A stretch of 64,000 bases of DNA from assembly GCF_036365525.1 (NCBI RefSeq), contig NW_027142279.1, forward strand, positions 682,001 to 746,000. Direction: 5' to 3'. This document shows, piece by piece, positions 1 to 12,399 of this stretch. The notes below the pieces were generated by a model. It saw only the letters and a program-made list of their open reading frames with translations, had not been told where the DNA came from and did no database searches. The translations under genes and the position numbers were made by a program. Source of the stretch: Heterodontus francisci. Its lineage: Eukaryota. Positions within the stretch are counted from its first letter, which is position 1, and each line of letters opens with the position of its first letter.

Positions 1-80
1 TCCTCTCCTCTCCCTGTCTCCCTTTCATTCCCAGATGCTCCCTGTTTACTGATCTCCTCCTCTCTCCATCTCTCTCCCAG

Positions 81-418
81 ATGTGAACTCACAGACTATC
101 CACCAGACTCCCGCCGCTGTCTCCAGATTTCCCGGGAAAGGAGTGGAACTGAGGTGCACTGTGGAGGGGAGCAGCAGTACCCTCTACATGTTTTGGTACA
201 GACAAGAGCCGGGGAAGGAGCCGCTGTTGATGTTTTACTCCAGTATTGCTAACTATGTGGATCCAGAGGGGACGGTGGATGGTTTCACCGCCGAGAGACC
301 GAATGAGTACGAGTTCAACCTGGAGTCCTCCAGCCTGTGGGAGAATCACTCGGCCGTGTATTTCTGTGCCTGGAGTCTTCACAGTGACTCAGAGCGATGG
401 AGCAGTTCAAGAAAAACC
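81..418 (+). CDS. TRBV: V1: TCR beta-like V exon (family A) 81-379 plus 23-RSS; leader lies upstream of the window; apparently intact
   Basis: Acceptor ...ctcccag|at. Open V domain SQTIHQTPA..C..WYRQ..YFCAWSL. Heptamer CACAGTG 380-386, 23-bp spacer, nonamer AGAAAAACC 410-418. Confidence 0.93.
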
Positions 419-2412
419 CCAAAGGCAGCAGGAAATACCTGTTTCAGATAAAACCAGGCGGTGCTGCGTCCTGTTGGGTGTTTTTATCATTGGGAACATG
501 TTTTTCACAAGAAGACAGGGCGGATTTAAATAGAAATTGAGAGGTTAAATATAGAAACAAAGGGGAATTGTGAAATAGACTTGACAGGAATGATATCAGA
601 GCACAGAGGTTAAAGTTATCAAGAAAGTTTGAACATCGGGGGATTATTACTCCAGAAAGGAGAAGACAAGAGTAAACTTTCAGCGGTCTTAGAGAGATTA
701 TTAAAGATTTTAATATCTGAAATGAAGATCAGATAAAAACAGACAGACAGGCAGTCAGATAGACAGATAGATAGATCCGGTGTGGTTTTATTTCACTGCG
801 TTTTCTTTCTCCAAAGGGACAGCAGAGTGCGCTGTAGGACCCTGATAAACATCAGAGTCTGGAACACAGTTTAACAGTGACCTGGGAACACAAGGAGAAC
901 ATTCATCACCTCGAAAACACTCCGCCCTTCAATGAGTTCGTGACTTATCAATAACTTTCTGTCGCTCCCTCTCTCCATCCCTCTCTCTCCATCCCTCTCT
1001 CTCCATCCCTCTCTCTCCATCTCTCTCGCTCCCTCTCTCTCTCTATTCCCCACTCTACCACTAGCTACAAAGCCGCCGTAAAATGGTCGAATGCGAATTA
1101 ACATTCCTGTCTTTTACTGGGGCAGTGACTGTCTCTCTATGTAGCTCGCTATTTCTCTACCTGTCTGACTTTCCCTCCAACTCTCTATTTCTCTACCTCT
1201 CTCGATATCAATCTATCTCTCTCCCTGGTGATCTATCTCTCTGTCTCTCTATCTATCCAACTCTATCTTTGGGTGATTACACTTTGTATGAACTAATTAA
1301 ACATGCTGCACTAATATAATGAATGACCATCTTTTCCGGGATTTTCTATACATTGACCAGTAGATGATGTGGTTTGTCATCAATTATCTATCAAAATCTT
1401 TTATCATCTTCAATATCTGTATCACATCTACCATTAACCTTCTCTGCTCTCAGGAGAGAAACCCCCAGCTTCTCCAGTCTCTCCACAGTAATTGAGCTCC
1501 CTCATCCCTGGTACCAGTCTTGTTAATCTCCCTCTAACCTTCACTACACAGAGTCGAACAACCCCCCAATGAACAGGAACTAACTCAGCTCGGAACCCTT
1601 AACCATCTGAGCGCTGTTTCACACTGTTCAAAGGCGAGATCCCTCTCCAGATAACTTCATCTCTGGGACACCTGCCTCCTGACAGCGAGTTCAGAAGAGC
1701 ACAAGTGTCCTTCTTGAATAATGGTACCACATTCGCTGTCCTCCAGTCCTCTGAGACCACTCCTGTGGCCAGAGAGAATTGAAATTTTGTGTCAGAGGCC
1801 CTGAAATCTCCTTCCTTGCCTCACATAACAGCCTGGGATATGTCTCATCCGGGCTGCGGTCTTTTCCACTTTTAAGACTGCTAAAACAGCTAATACTCCT
1901 CCCTTTAAAAGCTAATATGTTCAAGTATATCACAACCCCCCTCCCTGATATCTACACCTACATCATCCTTCTCCATAGTGAACATAGTGAAATATGCCGT
2001 TCTTACACGGTCTGGCCTATATGTGCCTCCAGACCAACAGCAATGTTGTTGACTATTAACTGCCCAGCAGGCATTCCCGAAGATGGTTCACCACCACCAA
2101 CTCAAGGGCAATAAGGGATGGGCACACTCTCCGGGTACAGAGGGTTGTTTCCCTGAATTCTACTCTATCAAATCCCTTTCTGAAATGTGAACACCTCTAT
2201 TCAATCTCCCCCTATCCTCCTGTGTTGCATCATTCTACAACATTGCTAACCAATGTAATGGGGTGGAGCAGAGTGTCGCAGTAAGTGACTGCCAATCACA
2301 ATGACAACCGGATGCTGGGTATTTAATTGGATACAATATAGAAACCGCCTGCAAGTGCGTTGTTGAAAACTCCACACGTTCGCACATCGAGTTAGTATCG
2401 AATGAAGAAATC

Positions 2413-3286
2413 ATGTTGCATGAAGTTCTCAGTCTAATCTTGATGGCTGCACTCTTCCCACGTAAGTCAAAGTCAGAAACTGTGTCGAATAATGTATTGT
2501 AATGTCAGCGGTGATTCTGTTCCATAACACTGCTGTGTCAGAGTCTCACTCCAGAACACTTGAGCTCAAAGTCAAAACTAACACCCCAGGTGTCAGGGCT
2601 GAGGGAGTGCTGGACTGTCGCAGAGGCAGTACTGCGGGTGTGCTGCACTGTCGCAGAGGCAGTACTGAGGGTGTGCTGCACTGTCGCAGAGGCAGTACTG
2701 AGGGAGTGCAGCACTGTCACAGAGGCAGTACTGAGGGAGTGCTGCACTGTTGCAGAGGCAGTACTGAGGGAGTGCCGCACTGTCGCAGAGGCAGTACTGA
2801 GGGAGTAACTACATTGGTTGCAAAGCCTTTTCTGATGCCCTGAGGTCCTGAACGGCGATATATTAATGTAAGCCGTCTCTTTCTTGCAATGCAGCCTCTG
2901 CTCCAATCCATTATTGACTGAAATAATAATCTAATCGATGTTCCGTCCCACAGGAATACTCTCCTCCTATGTGGAACAGTCACCCTCTATCCTATCGATT
3001 GCAGCAGGAGAGTGGACAACACTCAGATGCACGCTGAAGAATACTGGCTATCCTGCAATGTACTGGTACAGACAACAACCAGACAGGGCACTGGAAGCTC
3101 TGTTCTATTCTGCTGGAACAGGGTCTGTCACCAATTACACATCCGAGTCATTTAAGGCAGACAGAGCCAGCAATACACTGTTTACTTTGGCACTGAGAGA
3201 CGCCGCTCCGTCTCACACCGCTGTCTATTTCTGCGCTTGTAGTATCACACAGTGTTTGAGAAAGCAGATCAGCAGCTGCAAAAACC
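2413..3286 (+). CDS. TRBV: V2: TCR beta-like V gene (family B), leader 2413-2461, V exon 2954-3247, 23-RSS; intact
   Basis: Leader MLHEVLSLILMAALFP|gtaagt (phase 1). V exon YVEQSP..LRC..MYWYRQ..YFCACS. CACAGTG 3248-3254, 23 bp, GCAAAAACC 3278-3286. Confidence 0.92.
2597..2805 (+). repeat. 33-bp tandem repeat in the family-B leader intron (also ~4890-5030, ~19915-20125, ~25565-25740)
   Basis: Unit gtactgagggagtgctgcactgtcgcagaggca, about 4-6 copies depending on paralogue; resembles a Deu-domain SINE core (from recall). Confidence 0.8.
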
Positions 3287-4074
3287 TGCAGCGGATGAAC
3301 GGGAGTTCAGTGCTCATCTTCAACTGGCAGGGGGCAGCAGTAGATTGAAGCTTATTGTTCATATCTATCTGTCCACCTGATTGTTTATCTCTCTGTCTCT
3401 CTATCTATCTATCTCTTTACCTGGTTAGCTATCTCTCTGTCTCTCTATCTATCTATCTCTTTACCTGGTTATCTATCTCTCTGTCTCTCTATCTATCTAA
3501 ATCTATATTTAGGTAATTACAGTTTGTATGAACTAATTAAACATACTGCAGTAATGTAATGAATGACCATCTTTTCATAGATTTTCTATATATTGACCAG
3601 TAGAAGATGTGATTTGTCATCAATTATCTATTAAAATCCTCTATGATCTTCAATATCTGTATCACATCTACCATTAACCTTCTCTGCTCTAAGGGCTGAA
3701 ACCCCCAGCTTCTCCAGTCTCTCCACAGCAACTGAAGTCCCTCATCCCTGATACCAGTCTGGTTAATCTCCCTCTAACCTTCACTAAACTGAGGCGAACA
3801 ACCCCCCAATGCACAGGAACTAACTCAGCGCAGAACCATTAACCATCTGAGCGCTGTTTCACACTGTTCAAAGTGAGACCCCTCTCCAGATACCTTCATC
3901 TCTGGGACACCTGCCTCCTGACAGCGAGTTCAGAAGCTGCTGAAAACTCTTTACCCACTTTCATCTTAGACTCGAGTCACATTTGATGTGTTCTTCAAAG
4001 AAACTAGCAGTTCAGACCAGTGAACAATTTAACCCTTTAACTCCCATTCACCATGGAGGTTCGGGAGCAGAGCA

Positions 4075-4350
4075 GTTATGTTACTGGGCTAGTAATCCAG
4101 AGGCCTGGACTAATGATCTCCAGACTTGAGTTCAATTCCCACCGGGGCAGAAATGCAATTTAAATTCAATTAATTAAATAAATAAAAATCTAGAATGGAA
4201 AGTATGAATAATCCTGAACATGGAGTGTCGTAAAAACCCTACGTATTCATTGATTACCTTCAGGGAAGGAAATCCGCCATTCCTACCTGGTCTGGCCTAT
4301 ATGTGACTGCAGACCCACAGCAATGTGGTTGACTATTGACTGCCCTCTGA
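4075..4350 (+). mobile_element. tRNA-derived SINE remnant (paralogous copy ~24750-25030)
   Basis: gttatgttactgggctagtaatccagagg...gagttcaattccc (B-box-like) followed by a typical elasmobranch SINE body. Confidence 0.55.
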
Positions 4351-4705
4351 TATGGCCCAGCAGGTATTCCCGAAGATGATTCACCATCACCTTCTCAGGG
4401 GCAATAAGGGATGGGCACACTCTATGGGTATAGAGGGTTGTATCCCTGAATTCTACTCTATCAAAGCCCTTTCTGAAATGTGAACACCTCTATTCAATCT
4501 CCCCCTATCCTCCTGTGTTGTATCATTCTACAACATTGCTATACAATGTAATGGGGTGGAGCAGAGTGTCGCAGTAAGTGACTGCCAATAACAATGACAA
4601 CCGGATGCTGGGTATTTAATTGGATACAATATAGAAACCGCCTGCAAGTGTGTTGTTGAAAACTCCACACGTTCACACATCGAGTTAGTATCGAATGAAG
4701 AAATC

Positions 4706-5512
4706 ATGTTGCATGAGGTTCTCTGTCTAATCGTGATGGCTGCATTCTTCCCACGTAAGTCAAAGTCAGAAACTGTGTAGATTGATGTATTGTAATGTCA
4801 GCGGTGATTCTGTCTGGAACACTCCTGTGTCAGAGTCTCACTCCAGAACACTTGAGCTTAAAGTCAAGGCTGACAACCCAGGTGTCAGGACCGAGGGAGT
4901 GCTGGACCGTCGCAGAGACAGTACAGAGGGAGTGCTGCACTGTCGCAGATGCACTATTGAGGAAGTGCTGCTCTGTCGACGAAGCAGTACTGAGGGAGTG
5001 CTGCACTGTCGCAGAGGCAGTACTAAGGGGGTACCTACATTGGTTGCAAAGCCGTTTCTGATGTCCTGAGGTCCTGAACGGCTCTATATTAATGTAAGCC
5101 CTTTCTTTCTTGAAATGCAGCTCCTGCTCCAATCCATTATTGACTGAAATAATAATCTAATCGATGTTCCATTCCACAGGAATACTCTCCTCCTATGTGG
5201 AACAGTCGCCCTCTATCCTATCGATTTCCGCAGGAGAGTCGACAACACTCAGATGCACGCTGACCAATACTGGCTATACAAGAATGTACTGGTACAGACA
5301 ACAACCAGACAGGGCACTGGAAGCTCTGTTCTATTCTGCTACAGAAGGGTCTGTTACCAATTACACGTCCGAGTCATTTAAGGCAGACAGAGCCAGCAAT
5401 ACACTGTTTACTTTGGCACTGAGAGACGCCGCTCCATCTCACACCGCTGTCTATTTCTGCGCTTGCAGTATCGCACAGTGTTTGAGAAAGCGGATCAGCA
5501 GCTGCAAAAACC
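4706..5512 (+). CDS. TRBV: V3: TCR beta-like V gene (family B), leader 4706-4754, V exon 5180-5473, 23-RSS; intact
   Basis: GT/AG splice sites intact, open frame with both Cys and Trp. CACAGTG 5474-5480, GCAAAAACC 5504-5512. Confidence 0.92.
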
Positions 5513-5532
5513 TGCAGCGGATGAACGGGAGT

Positions 5533-5931
5533 TCAGTGCTCATCTTCCACCGACAGGGGGCAGCAGTAGATTGAATCTCTGTGCTCATCCTCCCCCGGCA
5601 GGGGGCAGCAGTAGATTGAATCTCAGTGCTCATCTCCCCCCAGCAGGGGGCAGCAGTAGATTAAATCTCAATGCTCATCTTCCCCCGGCAGGGGGCAGCA
5701 GTAGATTGAATCTCAGTGCTCATCTTCCCCCGGCAGGGGGCAGCAGTAAATTAAATCTTAATGCTCATCTTCCCCCGGCAGGGGGCAGCAGTAGATTGAA
5801 TCTCTGCGCTCATCTTCCCCCGGCAGGGGGCAGCAGTAGATTGAATCTCAGTGCTCATCTCCCCCCAGCAGGGGGCAGCAGTAGATTAAATCTCAGTGCT
5901 CATCTTCCCCCGGCAGTGGGCAGCAGTAGAT
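5533..5931 (+). repeat. 45-bp minisatellite, ~9 copies, each with a CTCF-like core CCGGCAGGGGGCAGC
   Basis: Unit tcagtgctcatcttcccccggcagggggcagcagtagattgaatc begins ~20 bp after the V3 nonamer. Confidence 0.9.
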
Positions 5932-6861
5932 TTGATCCTCCCTGATGGTGATGGGCACAGCAATGAGCACAGACCAAGCTGTAGAATAGATCAGCAGCCC
6001 AGTATGACCCAGATAGTGTTGCACCTACATCCCTCGGGCCAATGTTGCAGAAAACGTTTGCCAGGAGTCCCACCTGACCATTTGTGAATCAACATCTGGC
6101 TGTTTTTCTTAATTCGTTCATGGAATGTGGGCCTCGCTGGCTCGGCCATCATTTATTGCCCATCCCTAATTGCCCTTGAACTGAGTGACTTGCTTGGCCA
6201 TTCCAGAGGGCATTTAACAGTCAACCACATTGTGTGGATCTGGAGTCACATGTAGACCAGACCAGGTGAAGGCAGTAGATTTCCTTCCCTAACATCAGTG
6301 AACGAGATGGATTGTTGCAACAATGGTCACCATTAGACGAGATTCTTTTGAAAATATAGATTTATTAATGACATTGAAATGTCATTATTTGTGTTGGTGG
6401 GATTCACCCCCTCCTCCCCCGCCCCACGTCGCTATAACTCTAGCCGAGGCTGTGGATTAAGAATCTAGTCAAGTCAGCCACACACTAATACATCCCCTAC
6501 AGGAGCAGATCATTTGGAATGCAGATGTCTATAATTGGAAATCTACATGTGGCTAATGTGGGAATGCCGATGAGGTTCATTATGTACAATTGGAGATTTC
6601 TAATCAGCAAATTAGAAACTGAACAACAGACACCCTTGTTGGGGATGTTAACAACACTTACTCCAGTCACTCAACCATCATAAGCAACCACGTCCATTCT
6701 GATTGGTTGGGTGCTGGAAGGGGCGTGTCCAACACTGCATTACTTCCTCATGCCCTTCATGTTTTACTCAATGACTTGGAAAGAGCGGATTGGTTAGTCA
6801 CAGAACTGATTTCCTCTGTTCCACTTCCTTTGCTGTTTGAGATGGCAGTGTCAAGTGGGAG

Positions 6862-7245
6862 ATGTATCTGTTCCTGGCTCTGATAATCCTGGTTCAAGGA
6901 TACAAAGATTATCCTTCAGAACCTTCCTGTCTTCTCCCTGTCTCCCTTCCATTCCCAGAAGTTCCCTGTTTACTGATCTCCTCCTCTCTCCATCTCTCTC
7001 CCAGATGTGAACTCACAGACTATCCACCAGACTCCCGCCGCAGTCTCCAGGTTTCCCGAGAAATGAGTGGAAATGAGGTGCACCATGGAGGGGAGCAGCA
7101 GTCACCTCTCCATGTACTGGTACAGACAAGAGCCGGGGAAGGAGCCGCTGTTGATGTTTTACTCCAGTACTGTTAACTATGTGGATCCAGAGGGGACGGT
7201 AGGCGGTTTCACCGCCGAGAGACCGACTGACTCCCAGTTCAACCT
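6862..7245 (+). pseudogene. TRBV: V4: family A V pseudogene
   Basis: Leader donor deleted relative to the paralogue at 34361. In-frame TGA (FPEK*). 3' end of V and RSS deleted (ttcaacct|ttgctccag). Confidence 0.9.
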
Positions 7246-8543
7246 TTGCTCCAGAAAGGAGAAGACTGNNNNNNNNNNNNNNNNNNNNNNNNNNNNNNNN
7301 NNNNNNNNNNNNNNNNNNNNNNNNNNNNNNNNNNNNNNNNNNNNNNNNNNNNNNNNNNNNNNNNNNNNNNNNNNNNNNNNNNNNNNNNNNNNNNNNNNNN
7401 NNNNNNNNNNNNNNNNNNNNNNNNNNNNNNNNNTCACTGTGTTTCCTTTCTCCAAAGGGACAGCAGAGTGCACTGTAGGACCATGATAAACATCAGAGTC
7501 TGCAACACACTTTAACAGTGACCTGGGAACACAAGGAGACCATTCATCACCTCGGAAACACTCCGACCTTCAATGAGATCATGACTGATCAATAACTTCC
7601 TGTCGCTCCCTCTTTCCATCCCTCTTTCTCCATCCCTCTCTCCATCCCCCTCTCTCCCCCTCCCTCCCTCCCTCTCTCTCCCACTAGCTACAAAGCCGGT
7701 GTAAAACGAGAGAATGCCAATTAACATCCCTGTCTTTAACATGGGCAGTGACTGCCTCTCTATCTAGCTCGCTAAATCTCTACCTATCTGACTTTCCCTC
7801 TATCTCTGTATTTCTCTACCTCTCTATATATCTATCTGTGTACCTGACTGTCTATCTATCTATCTCTCTACCTGGTTATCTATCGCTCTTTCTCGCTATC
7901 TATCTAAATCTATCTTTAGCTGATTACAGTTTGTATGAACTGATTAAACATACTGTAATAATGTAATGAATGACCATCTTTTCATAGATTAACTATATAT
8001 TGACCATATATGATGTGGTTTGTCATCAATTATCTGTCAAAATCCTCTATGATCTTCAATGGCTGTATCACATCTACCATTAACCTTCTGTGCTGCAAGT
8101 AGAGAAACCCCCACATTCTCCAGTCTCTCCACAGTAACTGAAGTCCCTCATCCCTGGCACCAGTCTGGTTAATATCCCTCTCACCTTCACTGCACAGAGG
8201 GGAACAACCCCCAATGCACAGGGACTCAATACATCCGGTGATAAAACACAGAGACAGAGAGGGTGAATCAGGGAGACATAGAGAGGAAAAACTCAGCGTA
8301 AATGAACGGGACAGAGGGAGACAGAGAGAGAACGACACACACACACACACACACACACAGATACAGAGTGAGAAAGAGATTGAAAGAGTTGGAGACATAA
8401 AGCTCGATACATGCAGAGAGAGAGAGAGAGAGAGAGAGAAACAAAGTGTAAGAAAGAGAGAGGAAGGCGGATTGAGATAGATAGAGAGAGAGACGTTGTC
8501 AACCTACTCCACTATAACTTGTTGACCTGGGCGTCAACATCTC

Positions 8544-8556
8544 TGCATCACTTCCT
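8544..8556 (+). promoter_or_regulatory. Conserved family-A V promoter motif TGCATCACTTCCT (ETS + CRE/V-beta-decamer-like)
   Basis: Recurs ~115-125 bp upstream of the leader ATG at ~6737, 8544, 13137, 15422, 17059, 34234, 37093, 45468, although further upstream flanks differ. Confidence 0.6.
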
Positions 8557-8669
8557 AATGCTCTCCCTGTTCCTCCCAATGATTTGCAAAGAGTGGGTTG
8601 GTTATTGACAACACTCATCACTCCTGCTCTCTTCTCTTTGCTGATTCAGAGGGCAGCTTCAAGTAAAAG

Positions 8670-9181
8670 ATGTATCTGTTACTGACTCTGATCACCCTGT
8701 TTCACCGTAAGGGATTTTATTGAAACAATAATTCTACTTAACATTTCTTTCGTTTTATTTATTTTTGATTCTCTCTCTCTCTTCTCTCTCCCCAAGGCAC
8801 TGAATGTCCCTGTTTACTGATCTCTCTGTCTCTTTCCCAGATGTGAACTCACAGACTATCCACCAGACTCCCACCGCTGTCTCTAAATTGCCTGGTGAGA
8901 GAGTGGAACTGAAGTGCACCGTGCAGCGCAGCAGCACCAGTATCCGATACATGTACTGGTACAGACAATACCCGGGGAAGGAGCCGCAGATGATGTTTTA
9001 CTCTATCGCTGCACAAAACGTGAAATCAGAGGGGATGGTGGACGGTTTCACCGCCGAGAGACCGAGTAACTTCGACTTCAACCTGGAGTCCTCCAGCCTG
9101 CGGGAGGATCACTCGGCCGTGTATTTCTGTGCCTGGAGTCTTCACAGTGACTCAGAGAGATGGAGCAGTTCAACAAAAACC
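8670..9181 (+). CDS. TRBV: V5: family A V gene, leader 8670-8706, V exon 8841-9142, consensus 23-RSS; intact
   Basis: MYLLLTLITLFH|gtaag. Open V ending YFCAWSL. CACAGTG 9143-9149, ACAAAAACC 9173-9181. Confidence 0.93.
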
Positions 9182-9257
9182 CCAAAGGCAGCAGGAAACA
9201 CCTGTGGACTTTAAAACTGCTCGGAGCCGAGAACTTCTTTCGTTTAGCAGAGCGAAA

Positions 9258-10888
9258 CAATACTGAGATTCAGGCTACTCGGCTAGATGGGATTGAGGTT
9301 CACAAGGAGGAGGTGTTAGCAATTTTGGAAAGTGTGAAAATAGATAAGTCCCCTGGGCCAGATGGGATTTATCCTAGGATTCTCTGGGAAGCCAGGGAGG
9401 AGATTGCAGAGACTTTGTCCTTGATCTTTATGTCATCATTGTCGACAGGAATAGTGCTGGAAGACTGGAGGATAGCAAATGTTGTCCCCTTGTTCAAGAA
9501 GGGGAGTAGAGACAGCCCTGGTAATTATAGACCTGTGAGCCTTACTTCGGTTGTGGGTAAAATGTTGGAAAAGGTTATAAGAGACAGGATTTATAATCAT
9601 CTTGATAAGAATAAGTTCATTAGAGATAGTCAGCACGGTTTTGTGACGGGTAAGTCGTGCCTCACAAACCTTATTGAGTTTTTCGAGAAGGTGACCAAAC
9701 AGGTGGATGAGGGTAAAGCCGTGGATGTGGTCTATATGGATTTCAGTAAGGCGTTTGATAAGGTTCCCCACGGTAGGCTATTGCAGAAAATACGGAAGTA
9801 TGGGGTTGAAGGGGATTTCGAGCTTTGGATCAGAAATTGGCTAGCTGAAAGAAGACAGAGGGTGGTGGTTGATGGCAAATGTTCATCCTGGAGTTTAGTT
9901 ACTAGTGGTGTACCGCAAGGTTCTGTTTTGGGGCCACTGCTGTTTGTCATTTTTATAAATGACCTGGAAGAGGGTGTAGAAGGGTGGGTTAGTAAATTTG
10001 CAGATGACACTAAGGTCGGTGGAGTTGTGGATAGTGCCGAAGGATGTTGTAGGGTACAGCGGGACATAGATAGGCTGCAGAGCTGGGCTGAGAGATGGCA
10101 AATGGAGTTTAATGCGGAAAAGTGCGAGGTGATTCACTTTGGAAGGAGTAACAGGAATGCAGAGTACTGGGCTAATGGGAAGATTCTTGGTAGTGTAGAT
10201 GAACAGAGAGATCTTGGTGTCCAGGTGCATAAATCCCTGAAGGTTGCTACCCAGGTTAATAGGGCTGTTAAGAAGGCATATGGTGTGTTAGCTTTTATTA
10301 GTAGGGGGATCGAGTTTCGGAGCCACGAGGTCATGCTGCAGCTGTACAAAACTCTGGTGAGACTGCACCTGGAGTATTGCGTGCAGTTCTGGTCACCGCA
10401 TTAGAAGAAGGATGTGGAAGCTTTGGAAAGGGTGCAGAGGAGATTTACTAGGATGTTGCCTGGTATGGAGGGAAGGTCCTACGAGGAAATGTTGAGGGAC
10501 TTGAGGTTGTTTTCGTTGGAGAGAAGGAGGAGGAGAGGTGACTTAATAGAGACATATAAGATAATCAGAGGGTTAGATAGGGTGGATAGTGAGAGTATTT
10601 TTCCTCGGATGGTGATGGCAAACACGAGGGAACATAGCTTTAAGTTGAGGGGTGATAGATATAGGACAGATGTCAGAGGTAGTTTCTTTACTCAGAGAGT
10701 AGTAGGGGCGTGGAACGCCCTGCCTGCAACAGAAGTAGACTCGCCAACTTTAAGGGCATTTAAGTGGTCATTGGATAGACATATGGATGAAAATGGAATA
10801 GTGTAGGTCAGATGGTTTCACAGGTCGGTGCAACATCGAGGGCCGAAGGGCCTGTACTGCGCTGTAATGTTCTAATTCTAATTCTAAT
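9258..10888 (+). mobile_element. 5'-truncated CR1-type LINE (RT domain, one nonsense codon)
   Basis: RT motifs YMDFSKAFD, GVPQGSVLGP, FADD; TAG at 10402-10404; 3' tail (TTCTAA)n. Confidence 0.95.
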
Positions 10889-11005
10889 AACAAAAACACC
10901 AAAGGCAGCAGGAAAGATTTGTAAAGAGTGGATTTGGACCTTCACAAGACTCTAAGCTCCTACTGTCACTCCTGTGTCTATTAAGAGAACAAGTTACAGT
11001 GAAAG

Positions 11006-11494
11006 ATGTATCTGTTACTGGGTCTGATAATCCTGTTTCACTGTAAGTGAGTATGAATTGCAAAGATTATTGTTAATAACCTTCCTCTCCTCTCCCTGTC
11101 TCCCTTTCATTCCCAGAAATTCCCTGTTTACTGATCTCCTCCTCTGTCCATCTCTGTCCCAGATGTGAACTCACAGACTATCCACCAGACTCCCGCCGCT
11201 GTCTCCAGATTTCCCGGGAAAGGAGTAGAACTGATGTGCACTGTCAAGGGGAGCAGCAGTAGCATCTCCATGTACTGATACAGACAACACCCGGGGAAGG
11301 AGCCGCTGTTGATGTTTTACTCCAGTACTGCTAACTATGTGGATCCAGAGGGGACGGGGAAAGGTTTTACCGCCGAGAAAATTAATAAGTACGAGTTCAA
11401 ACTGGAGTCCTCCAGCCTGCGTGAGAATCACTCGGCCGTGTATTTCTGTGCCTGGAGTCTTCACAGTGAGAGATGGAGCAGTTCAACAAAAACC
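11006..11494 (+). pseudogene. TRBV: V6: family A V pseudogene
   Basis: Leader 11006-11042, V exon from 11163. Conserved Trp codon is TGA (11276). RSS spacer shortened to 17 bp. Confidence 0.92.
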
Positions 11495-12399
11495 CCAAAG
11501 GCAGCAGGAAACACCTGTTTCAGATAAAACCAGGCTGTGCTGCGTCCTGTTGGTTGTTTTTGGCATTGGAAAAGTGTTTTTCACAAGAAGACAGGGCGGA
11601 TTTAAACAGAAAGTGAGAGGTTAGATATAGAAGCACAGGGGAATTGTGAAATAGACTTGACAGGAATGATATCGGAACAAAGATAGTTTGAACATCTTTG
11701 CTCCAGAAAGGAGAAGTCTGAAGGCTGAACATTCATAGTTCTTAGAAAGATTATGAAAGGGTTTAATGTGTGAAGTGAAGATCAGATAGCTAGGGAGATA
11801 GGTCGATAGATAGCTGGCAGGCAGACAGACACTGTTGTGTTTTATTCACCGACTGTGTTGTCTTTATCCAAAGGGACAGCAGAGGGCGGTGTAGGACCGT
11901 GATAAGTATCAGATTATTGATGATGTTTCAATAGGGACTTTGAAACTTGTCTATGAACCTCTCCTGATAATTATAGAAATACATCCCGGTTACAGTCTGG
12001 TGAACTGAACACAAGATACCGCAGATGCTGGATGGTTTAGGTTCTTGGGGCTCTGTCACTATATTGGTGCTCATTGCGTTTCTGGGTTATAAATAAATAA
12101 GGATGGAAATACTAATCAGGTCAGACAGCCTCTGTGGAGGGGGAAAAATTAACATATCAGGTCCTAGATCATTCAGCAGAACTGGAAGGATTTAGAGGTC
12201 TATCAACTTTTAAGCAGCACAAAGCCAGGGAGAGGGAGAATCGGAGGAATGCAGGAGAGATTTAATAACAAAACTAAGGCTGGTGCAAGACAAAGGGGAT
12301 GTTAATGGGTCAAGTAAAGAACAAGAGATGGGTCTAGTGGAGATGGAAATGGCAGAAACACAATCATTACCAACAAACCTCTGCCCATATAAACTGGAG

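Noticed and set aside
380-451. C-terminal extensions of V ORFs (HSDSERWSSS...) as a non-rearranging secreted V protein
   Set aside because: This is just read-through of the RSS (CACAGTG = HS); its conservation reflects the RSS and recent duplication.
2620-2800. CACTGT motifs in the intron repeat as cryptic RSSs
   Set aside because: No nonamer at 12 or 23 bp; explained by the SINE-derived unit.
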